Of a DNA stretch of 64,000 nt, positions 8,256 to 16,933 are shown piece after piece. Every line of letters begins with the position of its first letter. Position 1 is the first letter of the stretch. Location: NCBI GenBank assembly GCA_022827095.1, contig JAJDTP010000012.1, forward strand, positions 31,057 to 95,056, in the 5' to 3' direction. The position numbers and the translations under genes were made by a program. The notes beneath the pieces were generated by a model. It had not been told where the DNA came from. It saw nothing but the letters and a program-made list of their open reading frames with translations, and did no database searches. The stretch comes from Dehalococcoidia bacterium (GTDB taxonomy: Bacteria; Chloroflexota; Dehalococcoidia; Lucifugimonadales; UBA3495).

Positions 8256-9365
8256 ATGCAGAGCATCACAATTGATCGCAGTAGGCCATTGCGCGAGGAG
8301 TCTAACACGGGCCACAACCGGTGGCATCCAGACATTTCCCCAGTGATAGAAGTGGACGAAGGCGAGGAGGTGGCGCTGGAAACCAGAGACGCCTTCGACG
8401 GGCAGATGAGGCCCGGCGTCACGGAGGCGGATTTCGCGGGCATGGACGCCGGCGTTATTCATCCGTTGACCGGACCCGTGGCGGTGAAAGGTGCCGCGCC
8501 GGGGGATCTGCTGGAGGTGGAGTTCGTCGACATCCAGCCCCAGCCCTACGCGTTCAGCGTGATCTTCCCAGGGTTCGGCTTTCTGCGGGATGTGTTCACC
8601 GACCCGTTCATGGTGCACTGGAACATCGCCGACGGGTTTGCGACGTCGGACCAGATTCCAGGGGTCCGGGTGCCCGGCGCGTCGTTCATGGGCGTGTCCG
8701 GTGTGGCGCCTTCCCACGGCCAACTGGAAGAGTGGACGCGCCGGGAAGCGGAGTTGGCCTCGCGTGGTGGCGTGGCCTTGCCGCCGGATGTTGGCGGCGC
8801 AGTTCCGATAGCGGGTGCCGGAGCCACTCACGGCATCCGCACGCTGCCGCCGCGAGAGAACGGGGGCAACTTCGACGTGAAGCAGCTTTCCACCGGGTCC
8901 AAGCTGCTGCTGCCGGTGGCAGTGGACGGGGCGTTGTTCTCTACCGGAGACGGCCACTTTGCCCAAGGTGACGGCGAGGTTTGCGTCACCGCTGTGGAGA
9001 TGGGCGCGACCTGCACGGTCCGTTTTCGGGTGCTAAAAGGCGAGGCGGAACGACACAACATCCGCTGGCCGCGATTCAGCCGCGAGGACTACTACATCGC
9101 GCCGGAGTGGGCGGCGCCCCGCCGGTTCGTCGCCACCATGGGGATGCCGGTGCGTGACGATGGGGTCAACGAGGGCGAGAACCTGACGCTGGCCTGCCGC
9201 AATGCCATTCTGAATATGATCGACCTGCTGCAGGAGCGGGGCTTCACCCGCGACCAGGCCTACGTGATATGCAGCGTGGCCGTGGACCTAAAGGTGAGCA
9301 ACGTGGTGGACGTGCCTAACTTCGTGGTGTCGGCCTTCCTGCCGGAGGACCTGTTTGTGGGTTAG
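8256..9365 (+). CDS. formamidase/acetamidase family amidohydrolase (FmdA_AmdA)
   Basis: It has the motifs GHNRWHPDI, PPRENGGNFDVK and GDGHFAQGDGEV. An AGGAGGG SD precedes ATG 8256. Confidence 0.85.
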   Translation: MQSITIDRSRPLREESNTGHNRWHPDISPVIEVDEGEEVALETRDAFDGQMRPGVTEADFAGMDAGVIHPLTGPVAVKGAAPGDLLEVEFVDIQPQPYAFSVIFPGFGFLRDVFTDPFMVHWNIADGFATSDQIPGVRVPGASFMGVSGVAPSHGQLEEWTRREAELASRGGVALPPDVGGAVPIAGAGATHGIRTLPPRENGGNFDVKQLSTGSKLLLPVAVDGALFSTGDGHFAQGDGEVCVTAVEMGATCTVRFRVLKGEAERHNIRWPRFSREDYYIAPEWAAPRRFVATMGMPVRDDGVNEGENLTLACRNAILNMIDLLQERGFTRDQAYVICSVAVDLKVSNVVDVPNFVVSAFLPEDLFVG

Positions 9366-10057
9366 TGAGCGCCGCCGTGACTGATCCAAGTTTGCAAACT
9401 TTATGGGGCGATGGGTCGGTTCGTGCCTTCATCAGCCACGTTTCCACTCATAAAGAATTGGCCCATAGTCTGAAGGAGCAATTGAGTAGACTTGGAGTGG
9501 CGTCCTTCGTCGCTCATGACGATATCGAGCCCATGACGGAATGGGAGCATGAGATAGAGAAGGCTCTCTTCAGCATGGATGTTTTGTTAGCCCTCTTGAC
9601 CACGGACTTTAGCAACAGCAAATGGACCGACCAAGAAATTGGGGTCGCCGTGGGTCGCGGAGTGGGTATCGTGGCTTTCCGGTTGGGTACCGCTCCCTAC
9701 GGATTCATCGGAAAGTACCAAGCTTTTTCCGTGGGGAGCGATCCGGGTCGGATGGCTTCTGAAGTATTTCGGCATTGGCTTCGTGGCGATGATCGGCGAA
9801 TCAACGCCGTTGACGCGTACATCCGAGCTGTGAGCATTTCTCCCAGTTTTTGGGAATCAAACCAATTGGCGTCTTACTTGGACTGTATTCCCAGATTGTC
9901 ACAGGCGCATGAATATGCGTTGGTCAGCGCTTTCAATGAGAATCCGCAAGCGCATTTCGCTTGGACACTAAAAGGAGCAATGGTTAATTTCCTACGTCGC
10001 GCGACTAGCCATGAGTACGGTTTCGACGCAAATCATCTGCATCGGATATCTTTATGA
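9365..10057 (+). CDS. TIR-domain protein with unrecognised C-terminal domain
   Basis: TIR-type blocks are VRAFISHVSTHKELA, VASFVAHDDI and LLALLTTDFSNSKWTDQEIG (the S-x-W-x3-E block). The GTG start overlaps the formamidase stop (TAGTG). The gene is visibly more A/T rich than its flanks. Confidence 0.75.
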   Translation: MSAAVTDPSLQTLWGDGSVRAFISHVSTHKELAHSLKEQLSRLGVASFVAHDDIEPMTEWEHEIEKALFSMDVLLALLTTDFSNSKWTDQEIGVAVGRGVGIVAFRLGTAPYGFIGKYQAFSVGSDPGRMASEVFRHWLRGDDRRINAVDAYIRAVSISPSFWESNQLASYLDCIPRLSQAHEYALVSAFNENPQAHFAWTLKGAMVNFLRRATSHEYGFDANHLHRISL

Positions 10058-10077
10058 CCCTCGTCGGGTTCACTACC

Positions 10078-10113
10078 AAAAGGCGGGCGAGGACGGCAAT
10101 CGCGTCCTCGCCC
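10078..10113 (-). terminator. hairpin terminator for the CoA-transferase operon (also closes the TIR gene on the + strand)
   Basis: The stem is 10 bp (GGGCGAGGAC/GTCCTCGCCC) with a 9-nt loop. On the minus strand it is followed by CCTTTT. Confidence 0.6.
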
Positions 10114-10162
10114 ACCTTTGCCACGGACTTTCCTCAAACCCAGTCTCAGGAACTTACTGCGT

Positions 10163-11476
10163 TTAGATCGCTCCGCCTTCGGCCAGGAGGAGCAGTTGGG
10201 AGTTGGTGAGGCCCAGTTCGCCCTGGAGGATTTCGGAGTTGTGCTCGCCGATGAGTGGCGCGCGCCGGCTGATCCGCCACGGCGATCCGTTGTAGAGCAT
10301 GGCCGGCCCCGGATAGGTGAAGGTACGCCCCAGCTCGGGGTGCTCCACCTCTTTGAAGAATTCACGGTCCGTGAGGTGGTCGTCGCCGACCAGCTCGTCC
10401 ATGGTCCGGATGGCTCCCCAGGGGAAGTCCCGCTGTTGACCGCCGTGGAAGGAGTCCATCAACGTCGAGTTCATGAAGAAGTTCTTCATCACCTGAACGA
10501 TGTGGTCGTTTTCGGCCGCGATCACCTCGGGGTCCTGGTAACGCTCGTCGTTGAGATCCTCGGCCATTCCCGACTGGTCGAACCATTCCGCCAACAACCT
10601 CAGACGCGCCGGCGTCAGATTCGTGCCGGAACGGGTGGTGTTGAGCCAGCCACCGTCGCCGGTGGGGAATTGGATGGCCGGGGACATATCCGGAGCAGCG
10701 TGGCGACCGGTGTGCCGTTGCACCACCTCGCCGGTAGACAGGTAGATGGCGATGGCTCCTTCGGTGGTCAGCGCGCAGGCCTCGTGGATCGACGCGTCGA
10801 TGTACTGACCCTCGCCGGAGAGGAATCGGTAGTACAGAGCGGCCATGAGCCCGATGTAGGCGTAGTGCGCGCCGATGTGCCAGGAGTTGCCGCCGCCGGG
10901 CGCAATCGGCGGCGGATTGGGCACGTCGATGTCGTCGTAGCCGGAGGACGCCATCTGGCCACCGCCGGCCATCTGAGTGATATCGCTGCTGAGGTAGTCC
11001 CGCCAGGGGCCGGTCTGGCCGTAGGGCGTCAGCGAGCACATGATGAGGCCGGGGTTGTCGGCGGACAGCGCTTCGTAGCCCAGTCCCAAGGATTCCAGAT
11101 AGCTGGGCTTGCGGCTTTCCAGCACAATGTCGGCTGTGGCAGCCAATTGTTTGAAGAGTTCCTGCCCCTGCTGCGTTTCCAGGTTCAGGGTGATGCCCCG
11201 TTTGGACGTGTTGTAGTGCCAGAAGGACAGGCTGCGCTCCCGGTGGGGAACGTCGTCCAGGAACGGGCCGAAGCTGCGACAAGCCTCGCCACCGGGCGGC
11301 TCGATCTTGATGAGGTCGGCGCCGTTGTCGGCTAGGAGCTTGCCGCAGAACTGGCCTTTTTCGTCACAGATCTCGAGGACCCGCAGGCCGTCCAGGGCTC
11401 CAGGGAGGCTGAGGTCGGCCGGGCGGGCTCCGCCGATGTCGACTCCGTCTTGCGGGTTGCCGTTGGGGGAAGTCAT
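10163..11476 (-). CDS. family III CoA-transferase (CaiB/BaiF type)
   Basis: The N-terminus reads LDGLRVLEICDEKGQFCGKLLADNGADLIKIEPPGG. The start overlaps the upstream gene's stop (ATGA). Confidence 0.85.
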   Translation of the reverse strand: MTSPNGNPQDGVDIGGARPADLSLPGALDGLRVLEICDEKGQFCGKLLADNGADLIKIEPPGGEACRSFGPFLDDVPHRERSLSFWHYNTSKRGITLNLETQQGQELFKQLAATADIVLESRKPSYLESLGLGYEALSADNPGLIMCSLTPYGQTGPWRDYLSSDITQMAGGGQMASSGYDDIDVPNPPPIAPGGGNSWHIGAHYAYIGLMAALYYRFLSGEGQYIDASIHEACALTTEGAIAIYLSTGEVVQRHTGRHAAPDMSPAIQFPTGDGGWLNTTRSGTNLTPARLRLLAEWFDQSGMAEDLNDERYQDPEVIAAENDHIVQVMKNFFMNSTLMDSFHGGQQRDFPWGAIRTMDELVGDDHLTDREFFKEVEHPELGRTFTYPGPAMLYNGSPWRISRRAPLIGEHNSEILQGELGLTNSQLLLLAEGGAI

Positions 11477-12798
11477 CGCAGGGCCTCCTCGATGTAGGGA
11501 TAGCGGTCCATGGTGGTGGGCCAGAAGACGCCGTTCTCGTAGCCGTCCAGCAGATCCTCGTGGGTGACGCCCAGCAGGTCTTCCAGCACCTCGCGGTTGT
11601 GCTGGCCGATCATTGGTGGCGGATTAGCAATGCGGGCCGGCGACTTGGACATCTTGAACGGAGCGTTCTGGAACTTCCAGGGGCCGAGCATGGGGTGGTC
11701 CATGGGTACGTACATGTCCCGGTGACGCAGCTGAGGATCGTTATCCACCCGGTCCTGGCTGCTCTGCACGGCCATGGCGCGGACACCGGCGGCCTGGCAC
11801 TTCTCGGTGAGCTCGTACTTGCCCATCGTGCTGGTCCACTTTTCGATGTGATCGTCCATCTCTTCCTGGTGTTCCAGCCGGCCGTCGATGGTGTCGAAGC
11901 GGCTGTCGGCCCAGTCGGGGCCGCCCATAAGCTTGACCAGCTTGTGCCATTCGTCATCGGACAGGCAGGCGATGGTTGCCCAGTCGTTGTACCCTCCGGG
12001 AGAGGTGCGATAGGCGTTGTGCGGCGCGGCGATGGGGCCACGGTAGTTGTTGACCACTTCGGCGCCGGGCCACACGGTGCGATTGCCGGGCGGGAATCCC
12101 TCGCGGCGGGCCTGGCGTCCGTTGACGGTCTTGTCGAGGAAAGCCGGACCGGTGAGGGTGATGCCGGTGATCATCTGCGAGAGGTCAACGTGCTGGCCCT
12201 TGCCAGTAGCGGAGCGGTGACGCAGTGCCGTCAAGGCGCTGATCGCGCCGTACATCCCGCCAGTGTCGTCAAGGTACGACCAACCCCATCCAGCCGGCGG
12301 GGCTCCGGGCAAGCCCGACAGGTGGGTCAGCCCGCTCAGCGCCTGGGCGGCCGGGCCCATGGTGCCGTACCAGTGGTAGCGACCGGTGTGTCCAAAGCCG
12401 GCCATGGACACGTACACGATGTCAGGCCGGATCTTCTTGAGCTGTTCGTAGCCGAGGCCCCAGCGCTGCATGATGCGGCTGCTGAAGTTCTCAATGACCA
12501 CGTCGGAGACCGAGATCAGCCTCTTGACCAGTTCGAGGCCCTCTTCGGTGCGAGTGTTGACGCTGATGCCGCGCTTGTTGGCGTTGGTGTCGGCGAACTG
12601 CCCCGTGGAGTTGGGCCCGGGCTCAACGCCGGGCGGAACGGTGAACCGGTTCTGGCGCAGGGTGTCGAGGTTCAAAGGCCATTCCACCTTGACGACCTCC
12701 GCGCCCAGGGTGCCCAGCCAACGGGCTGCCCAGGGGCCGGCGCGCACCCAGGTGAAATCGACCACGCGAATTCCTTTCAATGGAGTAGGCAGGGGCAT
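11473..12798 (-). CDS. family III CoA-transferase (CaiB/BaiF type), paralog
   Basis: It has LKGIRVVDFTWVRAGPWAARWLGTLGAEVVKVEWP. The start is set at ATG 12798, which has a GGGAGG SD. Confidence 0.85.
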   Translation of the reverse strand: MPLPTPLKGIRVVDFTWVRAGPWAARWLGTLGAEVVKVEWPLNLDTLRQNRFTVPPGVEPGPNSTGQFADTNANKRGISVNTRTEEGLELVKRLISVSDVVIENFSSRIMQRWGLGYEQLKKIRPDIVYVSMAGFGHTGRYHWYGTMGPAAQALSGLTHLSGLPGAPPAGWGWSYLDDTGGMYGAISALTALRHRSATGKGQHVDLSQMITGITLTGPAFLDKTVNGRQARREGFPPGNRTVWPGAEVVNNYRGPIAAPHNAYRTSPGGYNDWATIACLSDDEWHKLVKLMGGPDWADSRFDTIDGRLEHQEEMDDHIEKWTSTMGKYELTEKCQAAGVRAMAVQSSQDRVDNDPQLRHRDMYVPMDHPMLGPWKFQNAPFKMSKSPARIANPPPMIGQHNREVLEDLLGVTHEDLLDGYENGVFWPTTMDRYPYIEEALR

Positions 12799-12927
12799 GT
12801 TCGAGCCTCCCGTGTTGGAGATGGGTGAGGTAGGTTTCCAGTGTGGCGCAAGTTTAGGGCAACACGGGGCAAGTGGGCAACTTTCGGACGGGTCCGGTGC
12901 ACGCGCGTTCGGGCCGTCGTCGGCGCG

Positions 12928-12956
12928 TTGACGCTGATTTGGCCCACCCCTATGAT
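12928..12956 (+). promoter_or_regulatory. sigma70-type promoter for the MFS transporter gene
   Basis: TTGACG, a 17-nt spacer, then TATGAT. It lies about 100 nt upstream of ATG 13057. Confidence 0.5.
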
Positions 12957-13056
12957 GCTGGGAACCAGACCCCGCTGCCCTTCGGCGGTGCGACGGCCTG
13001 GTTGGCTCAATGGATTTCAGGACCTCCTTCCCAGCCAAACTGGATCTCTCGCCGTG

Positions 13057-14307
13057 ATGCGTGGCGTCATGACGGCGCTAGGGGGACGATACCGCAGCAT
13101 CGTCATCGTGAGTGTTTGCGGGGCGTTGAACAGCTTTGGCATGGGCACTATTGGCCCAGTGCTGCCCCTCTTCACCCAACAGGAATATCACGTCAACGCG
13201 GCCCAGGTCGGCATCGCCATCGGTTTGTTCGGCGCGGGACGATTGTTCACCGGCGTACCGGCCGGCTATCTGGCGCAACGTTACGGGCGGAAACCGATCC
13301 TTGCCCTGGAGGCCGCGGTCAACCTGTTCGGGGCGCTGATGGTGTCGATGTCCTTCCACTTTTGGTGGCTCACAGGTTGGCGGTTTGTATCCGGCCTGGG
13401 GTCCAATGCTTTCTCCACCGTGATAACCGTCTACCTTCGGGATGAGTCGGATCCCGGGACGCGGGGCCGCATTCTCAGCACCCAGGAGCTGAGCATCCTG
13501 TCCGGCCAGATATTGGGTCCGCTGGTGGGGGGCTACCTGGGCTCGGCATTTGGACTGCGGATTCCGCTGGTTGCCCAGACGGTGTTGATGGCGTTGTCCT
13601 TCGCCCTGATACTGTTTGCACTTCCGGAATCGAGGTGGCGCGAAATCCAGGCACAGCAACCTGTTCCACCCGATTCGCAGCCCCACAGCGGCCAGCCGCG
13701 CACCGCCGGCCGGGGATCCTTCTGGAACCTGGTGCGGAGTCCGGCGTTCATCTTCGTCGGGCTGTTCGCCATCATGATTGTCGCGAATCGGCAGGGAGCG
13801 CGCTTCAGCGTGATGCCGTTGTTTGGCAAGATCAAAGGGTTCGGCCCACAGCAACTCGGGTGGTGGTTGAGCGTGACCCACCTGCCACAGTTCTTTACGA
13901 CGGTCACCTCGGGCTACCTCTCCGACCGCTTTGGCAGAAAGTCTCCCATCATTCCTTCGGTGGTCTTGATGTGCGCGGGCATCGCGGCCTTCGTCTGGGC
14001 GGACGGTCTATGGCAATTACTGTTGTCGGGCGTTCTGATGGGCATGGGAGAGGGACTGGGCAGCCCGGCGGGAACCGTGTTTTACGCGGATATCGCGCCA
14101 CCCGGAATGGAGGGGGTTACGCTGGGCATCTTCCGTAGTCTCGCCGGCATCGGCACCGTTGCTGGAGCGATGGTATTCGGGGCCATCGCCGATCTGTGGG
14201 GGTTCCCATGGGCGCTGTGGGTGGACGCAATGCTGTTTGCCGCAGCGGGAATTGGCGTGATGCTCTTCGTGCGTGAGACCCACCGCCGCCGGCGAACCGC
14301 AGCTTAG
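13057..14307 (+). CDS. MFS transporter
   Basis: It has about 12 hydrophobic segments and an MFS loop motif (GYLAQRYGRKP, LSDRFGRK). The start is placed at ATG 13057, downstream of the predicted promoter. Confidence 0.8.
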   Translation: MRGVMTALGGRYRSIVIVSVCGALNSFGMGTIGPVLPLFTQQEYHVNAAQVGIAIGLFGAGRLFTGVPAGYLAQRYGRKPILALEAAVNLFGALMVSMSFHFWWLTGWRFVSGLGSNAFSTVITVYLRDESDPGTRGRILSTQELSILSGQILGPLVGGYLGSAFGLRIPLVAQTVLMALSFALILFALPESRWREIQAQQPVPPDSQPHSGQPRTAGRGSFWNLVRSPAFIFVGLFAIMIVANRQGARFSVMPLFGKIKGFGPQQLGWWLSVTHLPQFFTTVTSGYLSDRFGRKSPIIPSVVLMCAGIAAFVWADGLWQLLLSGVLMGMGEGLGSPAGTVFYADIAPPGMEGVTLGIFRSLAGIGTVAGAMVFGAIADLWGFPWALWVDAMLFAAAGIGVMLFVRETHRRRRTAA

Positions 14308-14316
14308 CCAAGCGGC

Positions 14317-14655
14317 TCAGTCGCCCACGAAGCGCGCCAATTGGATGCCTCCCGATTGCTCCTCATACCAGACGGTCACCGGGGTTCCCTGGATCTGGTG
14401 GTCCTTCAGGTGTCCCACCGAAACGCCAACCCAGCCCTTAGAGCGAAACCGCCATGTGCGACCCTCGGCGTCAGTGATGCGTAGAACCCGAAAGTGACGA
14501 GGATTGTCGGGGTCGGCTTCCACGCGGTCAATGTGGCCGGTGACCTTGGGTAGCCGGGGAAACAGCGAATCGCCGTCGCCGTGGCCGCCGCCGCTCGGCT
14601 GCCCGCCGCCGCACGCCAGGGCACAAGCCAGCGCCGCGGCCAGTACAAACGCCAC
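14317..14655 (-). CDS. small secreted/lipoprotein-like hypothetical protein
   Basis: The hydrophobic N-terminus AFVLAAALACALACGGG is followed by a Gly-rich linker. The start is GTG. No family was recognised. Confidence 0.45.
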   Translation of the reverse strand: MAFVLAAALACALACGGGQPSGGGHGDGDSLFPRLPKVTGHIDRVEADPDNPRHFRVLRITDAEGRTWRFRSKGWVGVSVGHLKDHQIQGTPVTVWYEEQSGGIQLARFVGD

Positions 14656-14855
14656 GGAGCAGCGAGATACGGAAGTTAGCCGGTTTCCCAGGAATTTGCC
14701 TCGCGATCAGTCCCTGGCGCGGGTCACCCAAGGGACGAACCGGGGAGCATCGTACCCGCCGATTGTAGCAAATCCATGGGTCGTGCTTTATCATTAATAC
14801 TGCGGTTGAATGCTGGACAGGTCGCACGTCCCTCCGGTGTTCGTCACGCGTTCAA

Positions 14856-15845
14856 ATGGCTTCCGTAGGCATCAGCACATCATCAGCCGCCGAGACCCGG
14901 CGCGGGCCAACCTGGTTGCAGGGACTGGCGACGGCAACCGTAATTTCGGTGTTTGTGCTGGTCGTCATCGGCGGTGTGGTCAGAGTAACCGGCTCTGGCC
15001 TGGGATGCCCCGACTGGCCGCTGTGCTATGGCAAATTGCTGCCGCCCCTCGAGTACACGGCAATCATCGAATACACGCATCGTTTCGTGGCTTCGGTGAT
15101 AGTGGGGCCGCTGATCCTGGTCACAGCAGGGATCGCGCTGGCCCGCTATCGTTCCGACCGGTGGGTATGGATCCCGGCGGCAGTGTCGGTGCCGCTGCTG
15201 ATCGTGCAGGGCCTGCTGGGTGGAGTTACCGTGCTGACCCACTTGCCCGGCGGCATCGTCGCTTTGCATCTGGCCACGGCGGAAGCGCTGTTGGCGACGT
15301 GCGTGTTCATCATGGTGGCGTCGTATCGCACGCCGATCCGGACAACATCGGCGTTGTCCTCAAGCGATGGCTACCATCGTTGGGCGATTGTCGGCGCGCT
15401 GAGTGTCTACCTGGTAATCGTCAGCGGCGCGCTGGTGACGGCTATGGGAGCCACCGGAGCGTGCGTGACCTGGCCACTTTGCCAGGGGCAGGCCTTTCCG
15501 ATGAACCATCTGACTGCGGTTCATATGTTCCACCGCTACGTGGTGCTGGTGCTCGGTTTGCTGCTGCTCTACGCTGCCTGGCGTTGCTGGAACGGCCCGA
15601 CGGCGCGTGGGACGACTCTCAGGTGGCTGGCTGTCTTGACCGTTGCTACGTTTGTACTACAGGTCATCGTTGGAGCCGCGACCATCTGGCTCGACTTCCA
15701 GGCCCACTGGCGGGCGTTGCACCTGACGGCGGCAACGGCGGTGTGGACGGTGGGTGCGGGCATGGCCATCGTCGCGTACCTCGATGTACGAACGACCGAT
15801 TCAGGCCCAGGGCTGAACCGGCAAACGGTGCAAGATGGCCAGTAG
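14856..15845 (+). CDS. ctaA: haem A synthase (COX15/CtaA)
   Basis: It has the GSGLGCPDWPLCYG motif, a second Cys pair (GACVTWPLCQG) and multiple TM helices. Confidence 0.85.
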   Translation: MASVGISTSSAAETRRGPTWLQGLATATVISVFVLVVIGGVVRVTGSGLGCPDWPLCYGKLLPPLEYTAIIEYTHRFVASVIVGPLILVTAGIALARYRSDRWVWIPAAVSVPLLIVQGLLGGVTVLTHLPGGIVALHLATAEALLATCVFIMVASYRTPIRTTSALSSSDGYHRWAIVGALSVYLVIVSGALVTAMGATGACVTWPLCQGQAFPMNHLTAVHMFHRYVVLVLGLLLLYAAWRCWNGPTARGTTLRWLAVLTVATFVLQVIVGAATIWLDFQAHWRALHLTAATAVWTVGAGMAIVAYLDVRTTDSGPGLNRQTVQDGQ

Positions 15846-16797
15846 CGCGCCCGGATTCCGGCCCGACGGAGAGGCCACCGAGCCGAGCGTTTCGGTATTG
15901 GCTGCGGAGGCGCCTGCGAGTACGTCGGTTACCGCCGTCGCGCGCGATTTCCTGGCGCTGACCAAGCCCAAGATCATCTCGCTGCTGCTCGTCACGGCGG
16001 CTGGCGGGATGTTCCTGGCGGAACAGGGAGTGCCCTCCTTGACGCTGCTGGGCCTGGTCTGGGTGGGCGGCGCGCTGGCATCCGGCGGCGCCAACGCAGT
16101 CAACCATTTCCTGGACCGGGACATTGACCGCGACATGCGAAGGACTCAGGGACGGCCGGTTGCCGGTCTGCGCGTCGCGCCCCGATATGCGCTGGCGTTC
16201 GGGGTCGCCCTGAACATTGCGGCGTTTGCTCTGCTGGCCACGCAGGTCAATCTGCTGTCGGCTGCGCTGACCCTGTGCGCCAGCCTGTTCTACGTGTTCA
16301 TCTACACGCTGTGGTTGAAACGCACCACGCCCAACAACATCGTCATCGGCGGAGCCGCCGGCGCGATCCCGCCGATGGTAGGTTGGGCTGCGGTGACGGG
16401 AGGGCTGGATCTCCCGGCGGTCTACCTGTTTGCCATCGTCTTTTTCTGGACGCCACCACACTTCTGGGCGCTGTCACTCCTTATACAGACCGACTACGAG
16501 CGTGCGGGCGTGCCCATGCTGCCGGTGGTGTCTTCGCGTCGGCAAACGGCGCTGCACATATTTCTTTATTCAATCGCGCTGACCGGCCTGACCCTGATGT
16601 TCGCGCTGCTGCCGCAGGTTGGCCTGATCTATGTGGCTGCTGCTGCTGCGTTGGGCCTGCCCTTTATCTGGTTGGCCTGGAGGCTTTGGCGCCGCGACGA
16701 CAGGGGGAGAGCAAAGGCCACATACCTTTATTCCCTGGCCTACCTGGCCCTGCTCTTCGTCGCAGTGATGGTCGACAGCGCGGTGGGGTTTGTGTAG
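15835..16797 (+). CDS. ctaB: protohaem IX farnesyltransferase (haem O synthase)
   Basis: UbiA-fold motifs are present (NHFLDRDIDRDM, WTPPHFWAL). It overlaps the ctaA end by 11 nt. Confidence 0.85.
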   Translation: MASSAPGFRPDGEATEPSVSVLAAEAPASTSVTAVARDFLALTKPKIISLLLVTAAGGMFLAEQGVPSLTLLGLVWVGGALASGGANAVNHFLDRDIDRDMRRTQGRPVAGLRVAPRYALAFGVALNIAAFALLATQVNLLSAALTLCASLFYVFIYTLWLKRTTPNNIVIGGAAGAIPPMVGWAAVTGGLDLPAVYLFAIVFFWTPPHFWALSLLIQTDYERAGVPMLPVVSSRRQTALHIFLYSIALTGLTLMFALLPQVGLIYVAAAAALGLPFIWLAWRLWRRDDRGRAKATYLYSLAYLALLFVAVMVDSAVGFV

Positions 16798-16838
16798 CTG
16801 CTAACCCCTGGAGCAGCGTCTGGTGAGGGTCGGTCAAA

Positions 16839-16867
16839 TTGACAGCCATATTCGCGTATGCTATGGT
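16839..16867 (+). promoter_or_regulatory. sigma70-type promoter for ctaCDEF
   Basis: TTGACA, a 17-nt spacer, then TATGGT preceded by TGc (an extended -10). Confidence 0.55.
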
Positions 16868-16933
16868 TACCGCCGCTAGTGAAATTTTGCACATACTGTG
16901 GCTGGCCGCTGCCGCAGTATCCGGGGGTTCACG

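Noticed and set aside
9365-10057. Thoeris system assignment for the TIR gene
   Set aside because: No ThsA-like (SIR2/Macro-SLOG/TM) gene or any other known TIR-signal effector lies in the neighbourhood. It is reported only as a solitary TIR gene.
10118-12828. 405-aa and 422-aa plus-strand ORFs opposite the two CoA-transferase genes
   Set aside because: These are shadow ORFs with Gly/Val/Arg-rich low-complexity translations. The minus-strand products have unambiguous family III CoA-transferase N-termini.
12841-13056. N-terminal 72-codon extension of the MFS ORF offered by the track
   Set aside because: The extension contains the predicted promoter (12928-12956) and a non-membrane, Arg-rich sequence. 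The transporter body starts at ATG 13057.
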